Part shown: in pieces, positions 26,464 to 40,546 of the stretch | How positions within the stretch are numbered: position 1 is the first letter of the stretch | Layout of the letters: every line of letters begins with the position of its first letter | Source: Eledone cirrhosa | Taxonomy: Eukaryota | Assembly: GCA_964016885.1 (NCBI GenBank) | Contig: OZ024745.1 | Coordinates: forward strand, 53,692,001 to 53,756,000 | Length of the DNA stretch: 64,000 bases | Reading direction: 5' to 3' | Translations under genes and position numbers: made by a program | Notes under the pieces: model-generated | What the model was told of the DNA's origin: nothing | Databases searched by the model: none | The model's input: the letters and a program-made list of their open reading frames with translations, nothing else

Positions 26464-29366
26464 CCTATAATTTTACCCGTGTGGGTTATACTAATAAAAT
26501 CTTGCTTTCGAATATAGAAGTATATAGATATAGATGGGCAACCAGCTCTCAGAGTATAATCTAAGTATACATTTTATTTTAGCTTCTGCCAACATTGGTC
26601 TTACATATAATTATTACTCATGTTGGTAATTAATTAATTATATATATATGTATTAAACGTATGACAAAATAAAACACTATTTAGGGGTAGTAAAAGTCGG
26701 GCAGACTAAAATAAGAGTCTCACTCATATAAATATCTTCCTCTCATTGTTTCTCGCTTTTGAAACCATGGCAGGAACACATTTATATGAATGAGACTCTC
26801 TTATTTTAGTCTGTCCGACTTTTACTCCCCCCAAAGAGATGGGTTTTTTTCTGCATAAGTTTAATACACACATACTTCTATATGTATATGTGTGTGTGTG
26901 TATACATATATATATATACACACATATATATATATATGTATATATACTATAAGGATAAGGAATAAGGATTCAGTGTTGCAGAATAACATATTACATATGT
27001 TTCACTATGGATCAGCTCGAGTCAAGACCAAATCGGAGACGTATTCATATACTAAGCATATCTGACGACCTTTCGATTACAGGGTCAGGTTCGATCTATA
27101 ATACGTCTTGTACTCTCAATCGCTTCACGCAGAAACCGGGAGAAGCACCGGCCAAATGAGCCTTCTGGCTTAAGACAGACTTTAGACTTTTTTATATCAG
27201 TTATTCGCAATCTAACAATCAAAGCGAGCGAAAGTCAATAATACAAAGGACTTCATACATATTTCGAATGAAGAATGTACGAACCGTTTCAATGTGTTCA
27301 CTCAAATTTTTCAGATGTTTATAGGCACAATTTTCAACATATTTTAAACATGTATTAAAAGCAACTAAGAAGAATAACACAATCACCAGAGCCTATTTTT
27401 TTCTCAATAATACCAGCTAGATAATTGTCCCAGATTTGTTATCGGTAATACTTATAAATCTACTTTCCTTGAAAGTTAGAAAAAGAGAAATAAATACAAG
27501 TTAATTTAAGTTTCAACGGAGATTGACTGTTGATGTATGATGTTTAATAACAAATGTTTGTGGTGATTTATATTAGATTCACTGTGAAAAGAATGAAGTG
27601 CAAACGCTCGCTACTATCTCCTCTGTACACAGAAAAATATAAGAGGTTATCTTTACGCCTTTCAAAGATTATAGTCTTTTCATCTGAAGATAATTACTAT
27701 GATTCTGCTTTCAGAGGGAATTTTTGTGGTTTTTATTTGTGTCGAGCAGGATGAAGAACATAATTGAAATGGTCAGTCTATTTGCCTTACGTACATTCGC
27801 TTGGCAACATAAGGCAGTACGACTTATAAGATTTAAAGCAAATTTATAGTAAATATTACATTTTTTTTTCATTAGAAAACGCACTGTGAAAAAAATGATA
27901 TGATATATTATTTTATAAATTGTAATATTCGAGGATATGAATTCACCTAAAACACATCTATAATCTTTGCATATTAAATTAGCGGATTATATTTGAAGAT
28001 GAATACATGGGTTATTTAATTTTAAAACAGAAAATATTCTCACCTACATATATATCAAAATCATTTATTGTAGTAACTAAGTTAATGTAATCGTATTTAT
28101 GAAAATAACTTTCTACCACTGGTTAAACTTTGATGTGGTGAAATAACATTAGTTGAGACACTAGCTTGTATTATTTAATAATTTCTTTAGATTTTGGGAA
28201 CGGCGCTTTCGTGTATTTAATAGATTTATTATAATTGTGTTGTTTTTATTAGAATTTTTATCCAAATATGTCGTAAATTGTAGATAAGAACATTTTTAGA
28301 TATTTGAAGAGGCTGTATGAATACTTTAAAACAATGTACCTGCAGTAAGGTTAATTTTATGGATAAACAAATTATATATATATATGAAATTTATTAGTCT
28401 GCAACCTGATTTTAAAACAATCCGTAGGCTAACTTGCAGCAGGTTAATCCAATTTACGTCGATATATTCAGACAGTTCAAATCGAAATGTCTTCCAGTTC
28501 TAGCAAACATTTCTTTGCACTAAGAACTTCAGTACTGCCAATTTCAGCCCAGTGGAAGAATCTGTCGGGGTCACTAGTTCTGCTAGAAATAGAAGCCAAA
28601 TAGCTCAATTTTCTTCTATAACAAAAAGTGTGAGTAGACTTAATAAGAACATAATTGATGGGCTTGAACGAGATGACTGGCTATTGTGTCTTTCATCATA
28701 GTTCTTCTCAGGTAAGAGTGATATAGGGGGTAACCAACAATTGGAAAAAAGAGAACTTATTTGTTTCTATGAATATGGTTTCCTCCACACCACTTTCTTT
28801 TTATGAGGATTTATATCAGCTCTATAATGTTATGTAGGCAATAAGCTGACCTCTGATCAGTCATTCAAGTCCATGATTATCCGTTATATTTTGTTTTTTA
28901 GTAATTGGTTGTCTACACTATAAAATGTATCCCTTTTTAATGCAGTAGCAAGGTAGAAATACCACATTGTGGTTCCTTTAGTGTATTTTTCATCGCTTAA
29001 TCAAGAGTAGGTGTAGCACCGATAAACCTTTTCAAGGTCTCCGAGACAAAGGAGGCTTGATATAAAAGTATGCAATAAAGTAGCTTTCACTAAAGCACCA
29101 AGAGGCAGGTGGTACTATTAAATCGAGAAACAGGACTTTAACTCAAAAGGCTAGTCCTCCACCATAACCTAGTATTTTATCTAGGAACCTCGGAAGGATG
29201 ATAGGTAAAGTTGATCTCGGAGTGACTTGAACTCACACTAAAATGAGTCGGAATAGACTTTGCAGTGCATTCTGTCTGACATGCGAGTGATTCTGTCAAT
29301 TCACCAACAATTCAAAATCGTTTCCCAGCTGTTGCTCGAAATATTATTATTACTCCTACACACAAG

Positions 29367-29541
29367 GGCGGTGGATTGGCAGTATCGAACACTATTCTAT
29401 GCAGCATAGAGTTACTGCCTTTTATGATCTGAGTTCAAATCCCGCCGAAGTTAACTTTGCCTTTCATCCTTACGGGGTCGATTTAATCGACTTTCCTCCT
29501 CCCCCGAAATTGTTGGCCTTTTGCCTAATATAAGAAACCAT
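29367..29541 (+). mobile_element. Second SINE family. Further copies near 8150-8310, 11561-11655, 15978-16077, 47001-47140 and 55340-55428 (+), and 30330-30400 and 33310-33445 (-)
   Basis: Shared gagttcaaatcccgccga.gttaactttgcctttcatccttacggggtcgat..ggccttgtgcc consensus with a B box. Confidence 0.8.
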
Positions 29542-32500
29542 TATTACTCCTACACACGATCCATAGGCTAGATTTGCTTATCAACTAAACACAATTGCAT
29601 TTAACTGGTGTGTAGTATCAGACTGCTTGGTAAAGATAAACAAATTGCCCAAACAAGGATTTTAGGCAACATGATACTCTACCTACCAAAGTTCTTGTTT
29701 TTTAACTCCAGGTCCTATGATGCGGTAGGGTGTAATTTGACAGCAGTTTATAGAAAGTCGGATGATCTCGTATATGCTTTCATGTTGGCTCAACCAGATT
29801 CGTATATTTGCTCGATTAGGAAGTTTGTTCATGTCTGGCGTCAATCAATATTCACGGAGATTTATGATTAAAAGTATTCTTGCAAAGGCCATCATTTTGC
29901 CGATTCAGCTTGTCTGAGAATGTGCCCTGCCTTTCGTTCTTTATATAATACAGTAGTGTGATTTTAAAGAGATTTGGTTGCTATTTCTAACAGTATGAGC
30001 AATTCCATGAGAAATTATTTCACCAGCTGCAAAGACAAAATCGATTCGACTTACATTCCAGACTTGGAATTTGCAAACATATGAGATTGACGAACAACTC
30101 CTAGTGACTTCATTGACAATCACTGTTTTGATCACGGGATTTTCATGGAAAAACACCAATTTCCTGTTACATTCCAAGTTTCTTGTTTTCTTTTTTTCTA
30201 CAAGAAACCTTCTTGCCGGCTAAATGTAGAGTCACATCCGCCTGGGAACTATAAAGTTAGGTAACTAGATGAGACACCGTAATGCATTTTGTATAGCACT
30301 TTTACAATTCAGCCAGTCCCCCGCCCCGAACTGGTACATTATTTTATCGACTCCAGGATGAACGGCAAAGTTGGCCTCGGCGCTACATGAACTCGGAAGT
30401 GTTGCATCAAACACTTTCAGCAGACGCTGCCTTCAAAAGAAATAATAGCGTCCCAAATAACTAAAATACAAGATTCTTTGCACCTACTTTATACCTAACC
30501 ATTATTCTTCATAAATTCAACAGCATATAATAATTATCCACAATAACTCATTATTTCTCAAGGTTACATATTGTCCCTGACAAGAAGCTACAATAGATTC
30601 GTCTTGATGTTTAGTTTCAAATGCTTTCCAGTCGTGAACATCTAACTCTGCTCCTCTATATTATCCGATTGTTCTTTACTTTCTCATCCAATGTGCAGTT
30701 TTTTTTATATATTCAAGATGATAGGGTTTGATTTTAAGAATAATTGGCTGCTACTTATAGTGTAGTAGGTTGTGTTACCAAGTTGATACGTCTATACAAA
30801 GTTTTTGTTATTTAATCTCAGATCATTCCTGATCGAAGCATTTCAACCGTGATATCTTTCTTTTTTGTGTAACGAACGCAGAACATTATGAAATGTAACA
30901 TTTTCTTACAAAAGGATGTATCGAGGGAAATCCGGCTTCTATTTCCAGTAAGTTGAGTGACCATATAGTAGTTCTCTCCTTGGTTCGTAAAACTTTTGCC
31001 GCTGTTTTACATATGCTAGCCAATACAGCATTTGATAACAGATTTCATGCTCCAGGGACTTCGAATTAGTGTAATTGTTGTTCTATTCCTAGTCCTCATT
31101 TAACACCTTTACAAAAGGCATCATTGTAACATATGCCAAGTTATAAAATATTAACTATGAAAAGATGTAGCATTTCACAACTATGACAAAATACCAGACC
31201 TGTCAACTCTCCCAGTCCGGCGAGAGATCGCCCACACACATTGGGGTGGGGGAGAATGACTTCTCTTGTGAAAATGGGTATAGATTTCACTATGTAAAAT
31301 CTTACCATTTTCCCCGTTTTATGCACTTTTTTTTCGTGGTGCCCCGTTTGGATTTTTAGGTCGGCAGGTCTGCAATGGTGTTTTTCTTAAGTCGTACAAA
31401 CTGCTGAACATAACAGCTAAATACCTCTGAATATCCACCAGTTGTGACTTGAACACTCTTTAACATAGGCATGCTTGAGAACAAGTGATCTATAGGCTAG
31501 ATAATTTTTTCCACTGGCTCACCTGTAGAATACCAAGTACTTACAGTTTCATTTGTCCGTCTGTGTTTCATGTCTTCAATCAATTCTTAAATTGCGCAAC
31601 AAACAGAACGGGGGGGGGAGGGGGTTACATATCTTTACGGGAGCCTTACAAGATTGAATAGAAGCTGTGTAAAAACTTTTTCTTTAACGTGGAAAGAGTA
31701 ATCTGAGCCAAGTTGGAATACAAAATAACTTTTTACTTCACCAAATATGGTAGCATAAGCAAATTAGGAAATTTGCATATTTGGTGGCCTTAACACAATA
31801 CAAATATGTATCAACGTTTCCAATCTTTATTTTTAATCTCAATTTCCAAATTAAACGTTTCTTGAAATTTATTATTTAGCTTCGATCGAGGTAACATGAT
31901 TAAAAACATTAAAGCGATGACCATTCCGTCTTTTCGGACTGCTTAACCCAATGTGCCCTGCCATTTTTAAAATGGCATAGATGCAAGACTTAGCTACTAT
32001 TTCTAGCAGGTCAAACAACTGTCGAGATATATCCGAAGTTTTTTTTTTTTTTTATGGTGCAGATTAAAGTTTTGAACAGCTGTCATGAAAATGGAGGACT
32101 ACTGCTTAACAGCCATGCCGAATTCTGAGTGCCAAACTTCCACTTAGCTGATGCATTCTGACTGACATAAATGTCCAAAAGAAAAAAAAAAAATAGGGTT
32201 CGCTAAAAGTCTTCAAAATTGCCAACAGGTTTTTATTTATTTTCGCTTGTTTATTAATCTTCTCACCAAATTGAGAATCTTCGAAAACCGTAACCAGATC
32301 TTACAATAGATCATCTAACTCAGATGTTGGGTTTTTCAATACACTTAATCGTGACAATGAGTATGTATACTAAGTTCTATATATTCCGTGTGTAGCCTAA
32401 AATACTCAAAAACTTCATCTTTTGAAGGGCTGATCAAATATACGTACATCAGAAGTTCAATAACACACAACTGTAATTCCAGTGTTGTCTCAAGCAGCGA

Positions 32501-34995
32501 GATGAAAGTACATATTTTGTGTAGCAGAAAATCCCTGTAAAATGTTTTATTTTTATACACAATTATACATTGTAGTTGTATAAAGATACTTATACATAGC
32601 TTTTAGTAAAGTACCCAATAGATATACGTATTTCAAAACCACCATCTGCAAACCTACTTATGTTATATTTTTGGTGCTGAAGTTTAAACACTACACATAA
32701 CTGATAGATTGACATTGCATAGTCATAGAAGTCAAAACTAACATCTATCTGAGCGTAAACGACTTTTCAAGATGTATGCATAAACCTAGGTAACCGATAT
32801 GTAGACAAAAATTCGATTCATGCAGCGATCTGTAGCTTTTGTTACATTATGCGTGATTGCCCAGAGGATATTTTAGACTGCCACAGTATAAAGAAATAAC
32901 GTTACTTCCCAAATTTGAATCAAAACACTAATCAGTTATTTCTCAGTGGCTTTAGGACGAAATTCATAAAATATACAAAAGGGCATTGATTCTATGAACT
33001 CAATACCAGAACAAGCCTGCTATTTATTTTATTTTATCGGCAGTTATTTTAAGAGAGACAGAACTGATTACTTTTAAAAAATTAGAATTTAGTGGCGCTA
33101 CCAATTTGACAATTGCTTCGTAATATTGACGCAAGCCCAGAATTATTTGAAGAGAGTTAGTGGATTAAATTGTCTGAGTATTACACTTTTACCAACCTAG
33201 AAATGTGTCAGGTAAAGCTGACATTGGCGTGATTTGAAATAAAAATGCAGGAAAAATAGTACATTAACGATTCTGTAAATCTAGTCCTTCCAATAATAAT
33301 AGTTTTGTACATAGACACAAGGCCAGAAATTGTTGATGGAAGGGAACAGCCGATTATATCGAATTCAGTACTTGACTAGTACTTAATTTCTATGATACCA
33401 GAAAGATGAAAGGCAAAGTTAACTGGCAAGATTGGAACTCTGAACATATAAGACCAATTAAATAATTAACTATTTTGCATTAAGTTTGACACAAATTTTA
33501 ATGCAAATGGAGATCGTTGATTTAGCCAGTGTGACCGCTAATTATGCCATCAACGTTAAAGTCAACATTTGTGACCTTTGAACTTGGAACGTGACTAAAT
33601 ACTGTAATTCATTTTGTCTAAGCTCTACACTCAATCCTTGCTCTTATTCAAACTCAAATCTTAAGACAGATGAAAATGACTAAATTAATAAAATAGATAA
33701 ATGTACCTTTAAGGAACAGATTCAATGTTTAAGTACCATCGTTGTTTCTAGATCTATAGATAGCATATCTACCAATTACCAGTCAAGTAATAAATTCAGC
33801 TTATACTCAATTCTGAGTTTTCTTGAATTCATTAAACAATGTTTTCATAATGATGGCAAGTTCTAAAGAATATAAACATTTTTGTCACCCAAACTGTAAT
33901 AGAATGACAAGAGTATGTATTCGTCCACACACATTATATATATATACACATACATACCTAAATACATACACAGGCGTATATGTTGGCAAATCAATGCTAA
34001 GAAAATGGTGGTGGGAAGTAATCAATGAGAGTTGAATATGATGTTATGGAAACTGAAAACATCCATAAATTACTGGTCTGAGCATCATGTTGCCGATCTT
34101 TAAACATAAATATAGATATAAAGATAAAATTTAGATAATAATTGGTAAATTGTAAATATGGTTTTATTTACCAACTATAGCCAAAATTTTCTAACAATCA
34201 TCCAGCAATATATTTTGGCCAGTCGCTATCCAATTAGGTGCAACTCTTTCTTTATCTACTCCAAAATACCTGTTAGGTTCTGTTTAACTTTATATTTTTC
34301 CTGAAGATTGGCAATGTAAAACTCCAAGGATTTCTGGGTTACCAACATATTCTTATTATTCGAACAGAGTTCAGGAAGCGATTGCAAAAATTAGTTACAA
34401 AAACCTGAGAAAATTTGCTATAAGTCATTACAGAACTAGTAGACCCTGAAATGTAACCTTCAACAATAAACCAATGCCTCTTATTAATATAAGCACTAAC
34501 TACAAATAAAATTTGAAGTAATTCTTGTTATGCCTTTTAACTGAAAGCATCTAAAATTTAGAAAATAGTTTTTTCTTTGTCGTTTGACAGACTTGGAAGC
34601 CTTCCTGCACCGGTATTTATTCATTCGGTTTTGGTGTTTTGTAGCAGATATTTTCTGGGCAGTATTGAAATAGTCCATAATGTAGTAATAGATCACATCA
34701 CAACAGCTAATGATGATAATACAAATCTGTGAGCATAATTGCTATAATGAAATATGGTGCTTTTTTTTTTTTGCTTTTTTTTTTTGCTTTCTTTCTTTCA
34801 ATAACAGTTGTTTCCTCAGTTTTTAAACAACGCTCAAATAACAAAATAAATAATAAATCAGTTCAGAACAAGTATAACTAGTAGAAGAGAGAGGTAGAGA
34901 GCATAAAAATTCAAAAGTGCAAAGCTACATACACTTGTCCTGAGAAGCAATCAATGTTTGGGGCATTAAAACCACGAAGTAATTTCAAACATGGT

Positions 34996-35001
34996 TTTAT
35001 T
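34996..35001 (-). terminator. Candidate distal polyadenylation signal AATAAA
   Basis: TGTA about 20 nt upstream and GT/T-rich sequence downstream on the minus strand. Confidence 0.5.
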
Positions 35002-35957
35002 TCAGTGCAACTTAAATGGTATGTACAATATTTTTTTCTTTTTCTTTTTGAGTGAGTAAACAAACCTCACGTGCTCAGTTTGTATGTTTTTTTTTGTTTA
35101 TTTTTTTTTTGTAGCCAACCAACAGTAGGTATCAAGGTGGCCAGTCTTTCTGGAGGGGAGGGGGTGTGTTTTTTTTTTTTTTGTTTTTTTTTTTTCTGAA
35201 TATCTTTTAATCCCACGAAATGCTACACACGCACAGTCTCTCTCAAAAGGGTTATAACTTTTTAACAGTCCATCAGAGATAGCAATGAAAAACCATAATA
35301 TACATACACATCCATATATATAAATATATACATATGTGTATGTATATATATATGTACACATATATGTAGTAAACAGGAATATAAACGATTATCCATTCCA
35401 TTCAACCGACTGGTGAGAGTTCAGTAGGTAAAACAAGGCTGGTTGCACGAGACCTTAGGTATGGCTTTTTGTTTGTAATCCTGGATATGGTATACATATA
35501 CAATAACACTACACACTTCTAATACAACAATGTATCAAGCATTCATTCAATAAAAAGAAACTAGTATATAATATATATAATATATAATATATATATATAT
35601 ATACACACACATGCACACGCAATTATACATTCTTTCTTCAGACAGGAAACAAAACAGTCAAAATTGACACTGAAATGTGGAATGACAAAGATATCATAAA
35701 GAAAAGGGGGTAGGGCGAGAAAACGGCGTCTTGAGCAGAGTAAAATTTTCTTTATGTTCATTTTTCTTTCAATAATTAATTTGAAAGCTGGACAGAAAAG
35801 CAAGTTCTATTGCTTGAAATTACATCCAAGTTGAATAAATTCAAAATTTTGTGGGGGGTTTTTGTTGATTTTTTTTTTTTTTGTATTACACACATACATA
35901 TAATATATATATATATATGTATATATACATTATGTGTATATACATTTATGCATATAT

Positions 35958-35990
<33 letters not shown>

Positions 35991-35998
35991 CACACACT

Positions 35999-36050
<52 letters not shown>

Positions 36051-37725
36051 TCATTTTTTTTTTTCCTTTTTGTCTTCGATTAAAATGTCCCATGTGCCAG
36101 ATTACAAATACTCAAAGGATCATACAAAGAATATACGTTTACAGTTTTGTTCCCTTTGGATGGAATTAGTTCAAGTTCCAAAATAATTCAACGAAACTTG
36201 CACTCTCAACAATACAACTGATGGTAGCAGGACCAAATTATCTCCAACTGTTTGGAGACAGTCCAACCCCACCTTTCCAACAACACAACTTATGGTAGCA
36301 GGACCAAATTATCTCCGTTTGGAGCCAGTCCATCCCCACCTTTCCACTCTCCTAGCAAAGAATCAAAGCAACCAACAGAAAAAAAAAATGGCCAATAAAA
36401 TATCTCTCCAATTATGCACTGTATGTGTGTGTATATATTATATATACACACACGCGTGTACGTACAGTGTGTGTATGTATAAACATGTATTTATATATCT
36501 TTAGCGATTACAAAAGGTTAGAGATATATACAATGAATATGCAGTCTAAAAATATAATAATAATAATAATAATTAGAAGGGAGAGGAAATGAACAAGAGA
36601 GGGCAGGGTAGGGACAGGACATTCCTTTTAAGTAAAACAGAATTAAGGAGGGGTGGGGCAATGAAGCTTAAAGTAAAACAAATTAGCAGAGAACAACCCA
36701 AATATATGAAATAAGACATACAGCAGCAAATTTGGTTACTCCCACAATTTATAGTGTTTAATAAAGTTAGTTAGCCACTGAGCTGCTTTACAACTTTGAG
36801 AAGCATCAACATAAAAATAACAGATTCTGCAACTTGAATTTTATCTAATAGTGTGTTGTTGTAAGGACAGACACACCCACACATGCACACAAACAGTATT
36901 TCAGTTAATATTTGCTGATTTATTAGTCTTCTTACACCCTCACCACCCGTAATATCACTTTAGGTAAAAAGCTTACATATTTTCAAAACGAAGATTTTCA
37001 GGAAGATGTAATTTTTCCTCCTCCACTGCATTAACTGAATTTCTTTAGTTTGATAGTTGTATTTTTTTTTAATTGTTTAAATTGTGTTACAAGCACTGAG
37101 GAACAATATATAATAAAATGGATGGAAATAAGTGAGGTATTTTATCTGTCATCTTTGCCAGGGCTTCTAAGTAGCCGTCCAATGAGCATGCTATAATGTC
37201 ACCTTATACTGTTGGCACAATCTTAAAACTGGGCTCCTAAACACACTACATCAGATTTAACGGGAAAAAAATCTCAAGGACGTGTTCAAAAGCTGACAAT
37301 TCAAATGGAACTTCTCTCTCTCTCTCTGCCAAAAACTGAACTAAATAAAAACACTACACACCTGAATTTTTCTTTAAGTCTAATGGGATATTCCAAACTA
37401 AAATAATAATGGACACCAGGTACAAATATATAGTTGTTTTTTTATTTCATTTTTAACTTGCTTTTTTTTTTTTTTTTTACAACTAATATTTTTCTACAGA
37501 CTGGATAAGCTTAGACTTTGCTTAATTCATTTAACAATAAAGATGCTCCCAAATTACAGCAGTCAACTAACCCACGAATACAGAATCAACCCAAATGCAA
37601 TAGTTAACTACAACACACCTTGGTACTTTCTCTTGCATTGTCAGTATGAAGGATGTTTGTTTTCTGCCAAGATCCAAAGCCTCAAAAATTGCAGTTGTTT
37701 TTATGACTATGTGGACAAATATGGC

Positions 37726-37911
<186 letters not shown>

Positions 37912-38482
37912 TCGTCCACACACAGGAGAAAGCCATTCAATGTACATTCATCCTTTTTTAAATTTTGTAAGCTATCTAAAAAAAGTTTCCAAAACCAACA
38001 AAAATACTCCCCATTTCTAAATAAATAAAAAATAAAAAAGCTTTTTCTAAAATAATATTACATGGCAATGGTGCCAAAAATAACTTAACTAGCTATGCTC
38101 TAGATATATATAGACACCAACAATTATATATTCACCATCAAAAATTGCATAGAGTGTTTAAGTAAAACAAAATATTACATACCCAGAGTCCTGAAAATGT
38201 TTTTGCCTGATGAAAAGAAATACTTAAGCATCTACTGATATTTGAAATAAAAAAAAAATAATAATTTTAGAACACTAGGAGCAATCCAGTTTTACCATAA
38301 TCTGCATAAACCTTTTTATCAAAGAAAAGTGACTGTCGTTGACAAATATCAGGAATTTTAGCATAATCAACAATCCCTTATTTAATGTGTGGAATGACTG
38401 AGCTGACGGGTGATTATTATTATTAGTGACTATAAGTATGAAGCATACACACACATTCAAATCACACAATACCTATCAAACC

Positions 38483-38488
38483 TTTATT
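38483..38488 (-). terminator. Candidate proximal polyadenylation signal AATAAA
   Basis: Followed on the minus strand by GT-rich ttgtgtgatttgaatgtgtgtgt. Confidence 0.4.
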
Positions 38489-39617
38489 AACAACAAAATC
38501 AGACCCAAGAGTAAAACTAGGATACATGAAAATTAGAAAAATTCAATGAGACCATGATGTAGCCATGACAATTATTAGATAAGGTCTATAAAAAAAATGG
38601 GGGGGGGGGCCCTCTTCAACATATAAAACTAAGAAGAAAAAAAGTCAAACTATGACAGAGAATCTAGAAATCATCAGTACTGTTCCGAGATAGATGATTA
38701 TGTACATATCTCATTTAACAAATCTTTAACCAAAGGTAAAACGTATAAACTCATTATGGTTAGAATAACTTATATAGTAAAAGGCAGGGTTAAATCAAAT
38801 AAAACTAGTCTTACAAAGCAATGTGCCGTTGAAATTCAAATGCACAAGCACTTAACTGAAAAACATTTTCACTTAGACCCCACTGAATGACAGCAGTATA
38901 ACAAAAGCGCAATAGATAATTATACAGAATTGAAAGAAAGTTAATAAATGGGGACTTTTTCATATCTAACCCTAAATTCATAAAATATCACAAAAAACCC
39001 TATCTGATAGGTATCTAATGAGCCAAAGTCAAAGAATAGGACTGAGAAACTTATTTGCAGTCATACCACAATAAAAAAAAAAGGAACCAGCCATATATTT
39101 TATAGGCAGTCGCTCTTAAAGAACTACTTGAAAATTTATAAAATGGGCTTATCAAAATAGACTTTGTAATCAACAACTTTTATGGGGGGGGGGGGGGGGG
39201 GGTTAATGCAAAAATTCAACTTTTTAAAAAAGGAATACCATTAAATAAAGAAAACTAGTAGAAAACAGAAGTGGGTTATGTAGGGCGAAAATGTTTCATC
39301 TGCTGTAAAGGGTGGGGTGGTGGGATTCATAAAATGCTAATAAATGTATCATGGCCAAACTTAATGAACTTTCACACAATACACATGAAGGGAAAGGGTG
39401 AGAGAAATAAAAAATAAATAAATAAAAAAAAAATAAAAATTCATAAACACAGGTAAAAGAGGTTCAGAATATGTTTCTTTTCTAACATATCAATTCAGTA
39501 TGGCTTTGCTATAACATAATGCCCACCTGCGCAGCCAGCTAAAAAAACAGATCCTTGGTTGCACACATATATTCATATACATACATATATATGTGAGTGT
39601 GTGTGTGTATGTATGTG

Positions 39618-39675
<58 letters not shown>

Positions 39676-40048
39676 AATGCATATACACAAACACACAAAC
39701 ACGTGTGCGTGTGTGTATATGTATATATATACACATACATACACACAAACACAATACACACAGAAGTATAAATATATACATGCATGTACATATAGAAGTA
39801 TATAAACATTTATGCATACATACATGCAAACATGTCTGTATACATACATATAAAACTTCCTCCTCTACTGATAAGATATCAAAGGATAACAATGAACTGT
39901 TAAAATAATGTCTAAATAAAATGAAGTAAAGGGAGGGGAAGGTTTTCAAATTGCATTCCTCATTCATTCATCCAGAGTCAAGATCATTACATTTGTGCAT
40001 TTCACACCAAAATGGTTATATATATATGTATATATACATGCATATGTA

Positions 40049-40093
<45 letters not shown>

Positions 40094-40523
40094 CCATTTG
40101 AGTAAATTGTTTTTTTTTTGTTTCGTTTTTTTTTTATTTTTACTGCAAGGAAAGAAGCTGACTTTTTTCCTGCATTTGCCACCATTCCTACCACCACCAT
40201 TATTATTATTATTATTATTAATATTATTATTATATTTAATCATCAGTCATTATCATCAATATGAAAATTGATGATTATTTTAGTTAGTTATCTTGAGTTT
40301 TTTTCTTTTTTTAACAATTTTTTTTACATTTTTTTATTTTTTTTTTGTTTTTTTTTTTTGTTTTTTAAAATCATTAATCTATTGTATTTTCTAGCTATAT
40401 GGCTACATTAATAATGTGCTATGTACAGGATATCTGCAGGTAGAAGGTGAACCGTATATTTCTTTGTGTTCCCTGCTGCAGTTGTGGATACATAATCGCA
40501 GTTAAGGCCGACAAGGTCGGCAC

Positions 40524-40546
40524 TTAGTACGGAGCTTGTGGGTAGC
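40524..40546 (-). CDS. TIA1: TIA1/TIAR terminal coding segment (GYPQAPY*)
   Basis: Strong ttttgtatttttcag acceptor. Joined in phase 1 it reads GYPQAPY-TAA, which continues the composition of the prion-like tail. Confidence 0.8.

Noticed and set aside
31194-31371. Small MITE with CAGACCTG.C.AC inverted ends
   Set aside because: Only ~13-bp imperfect TIRs, no TSD, and no second copy in the window.
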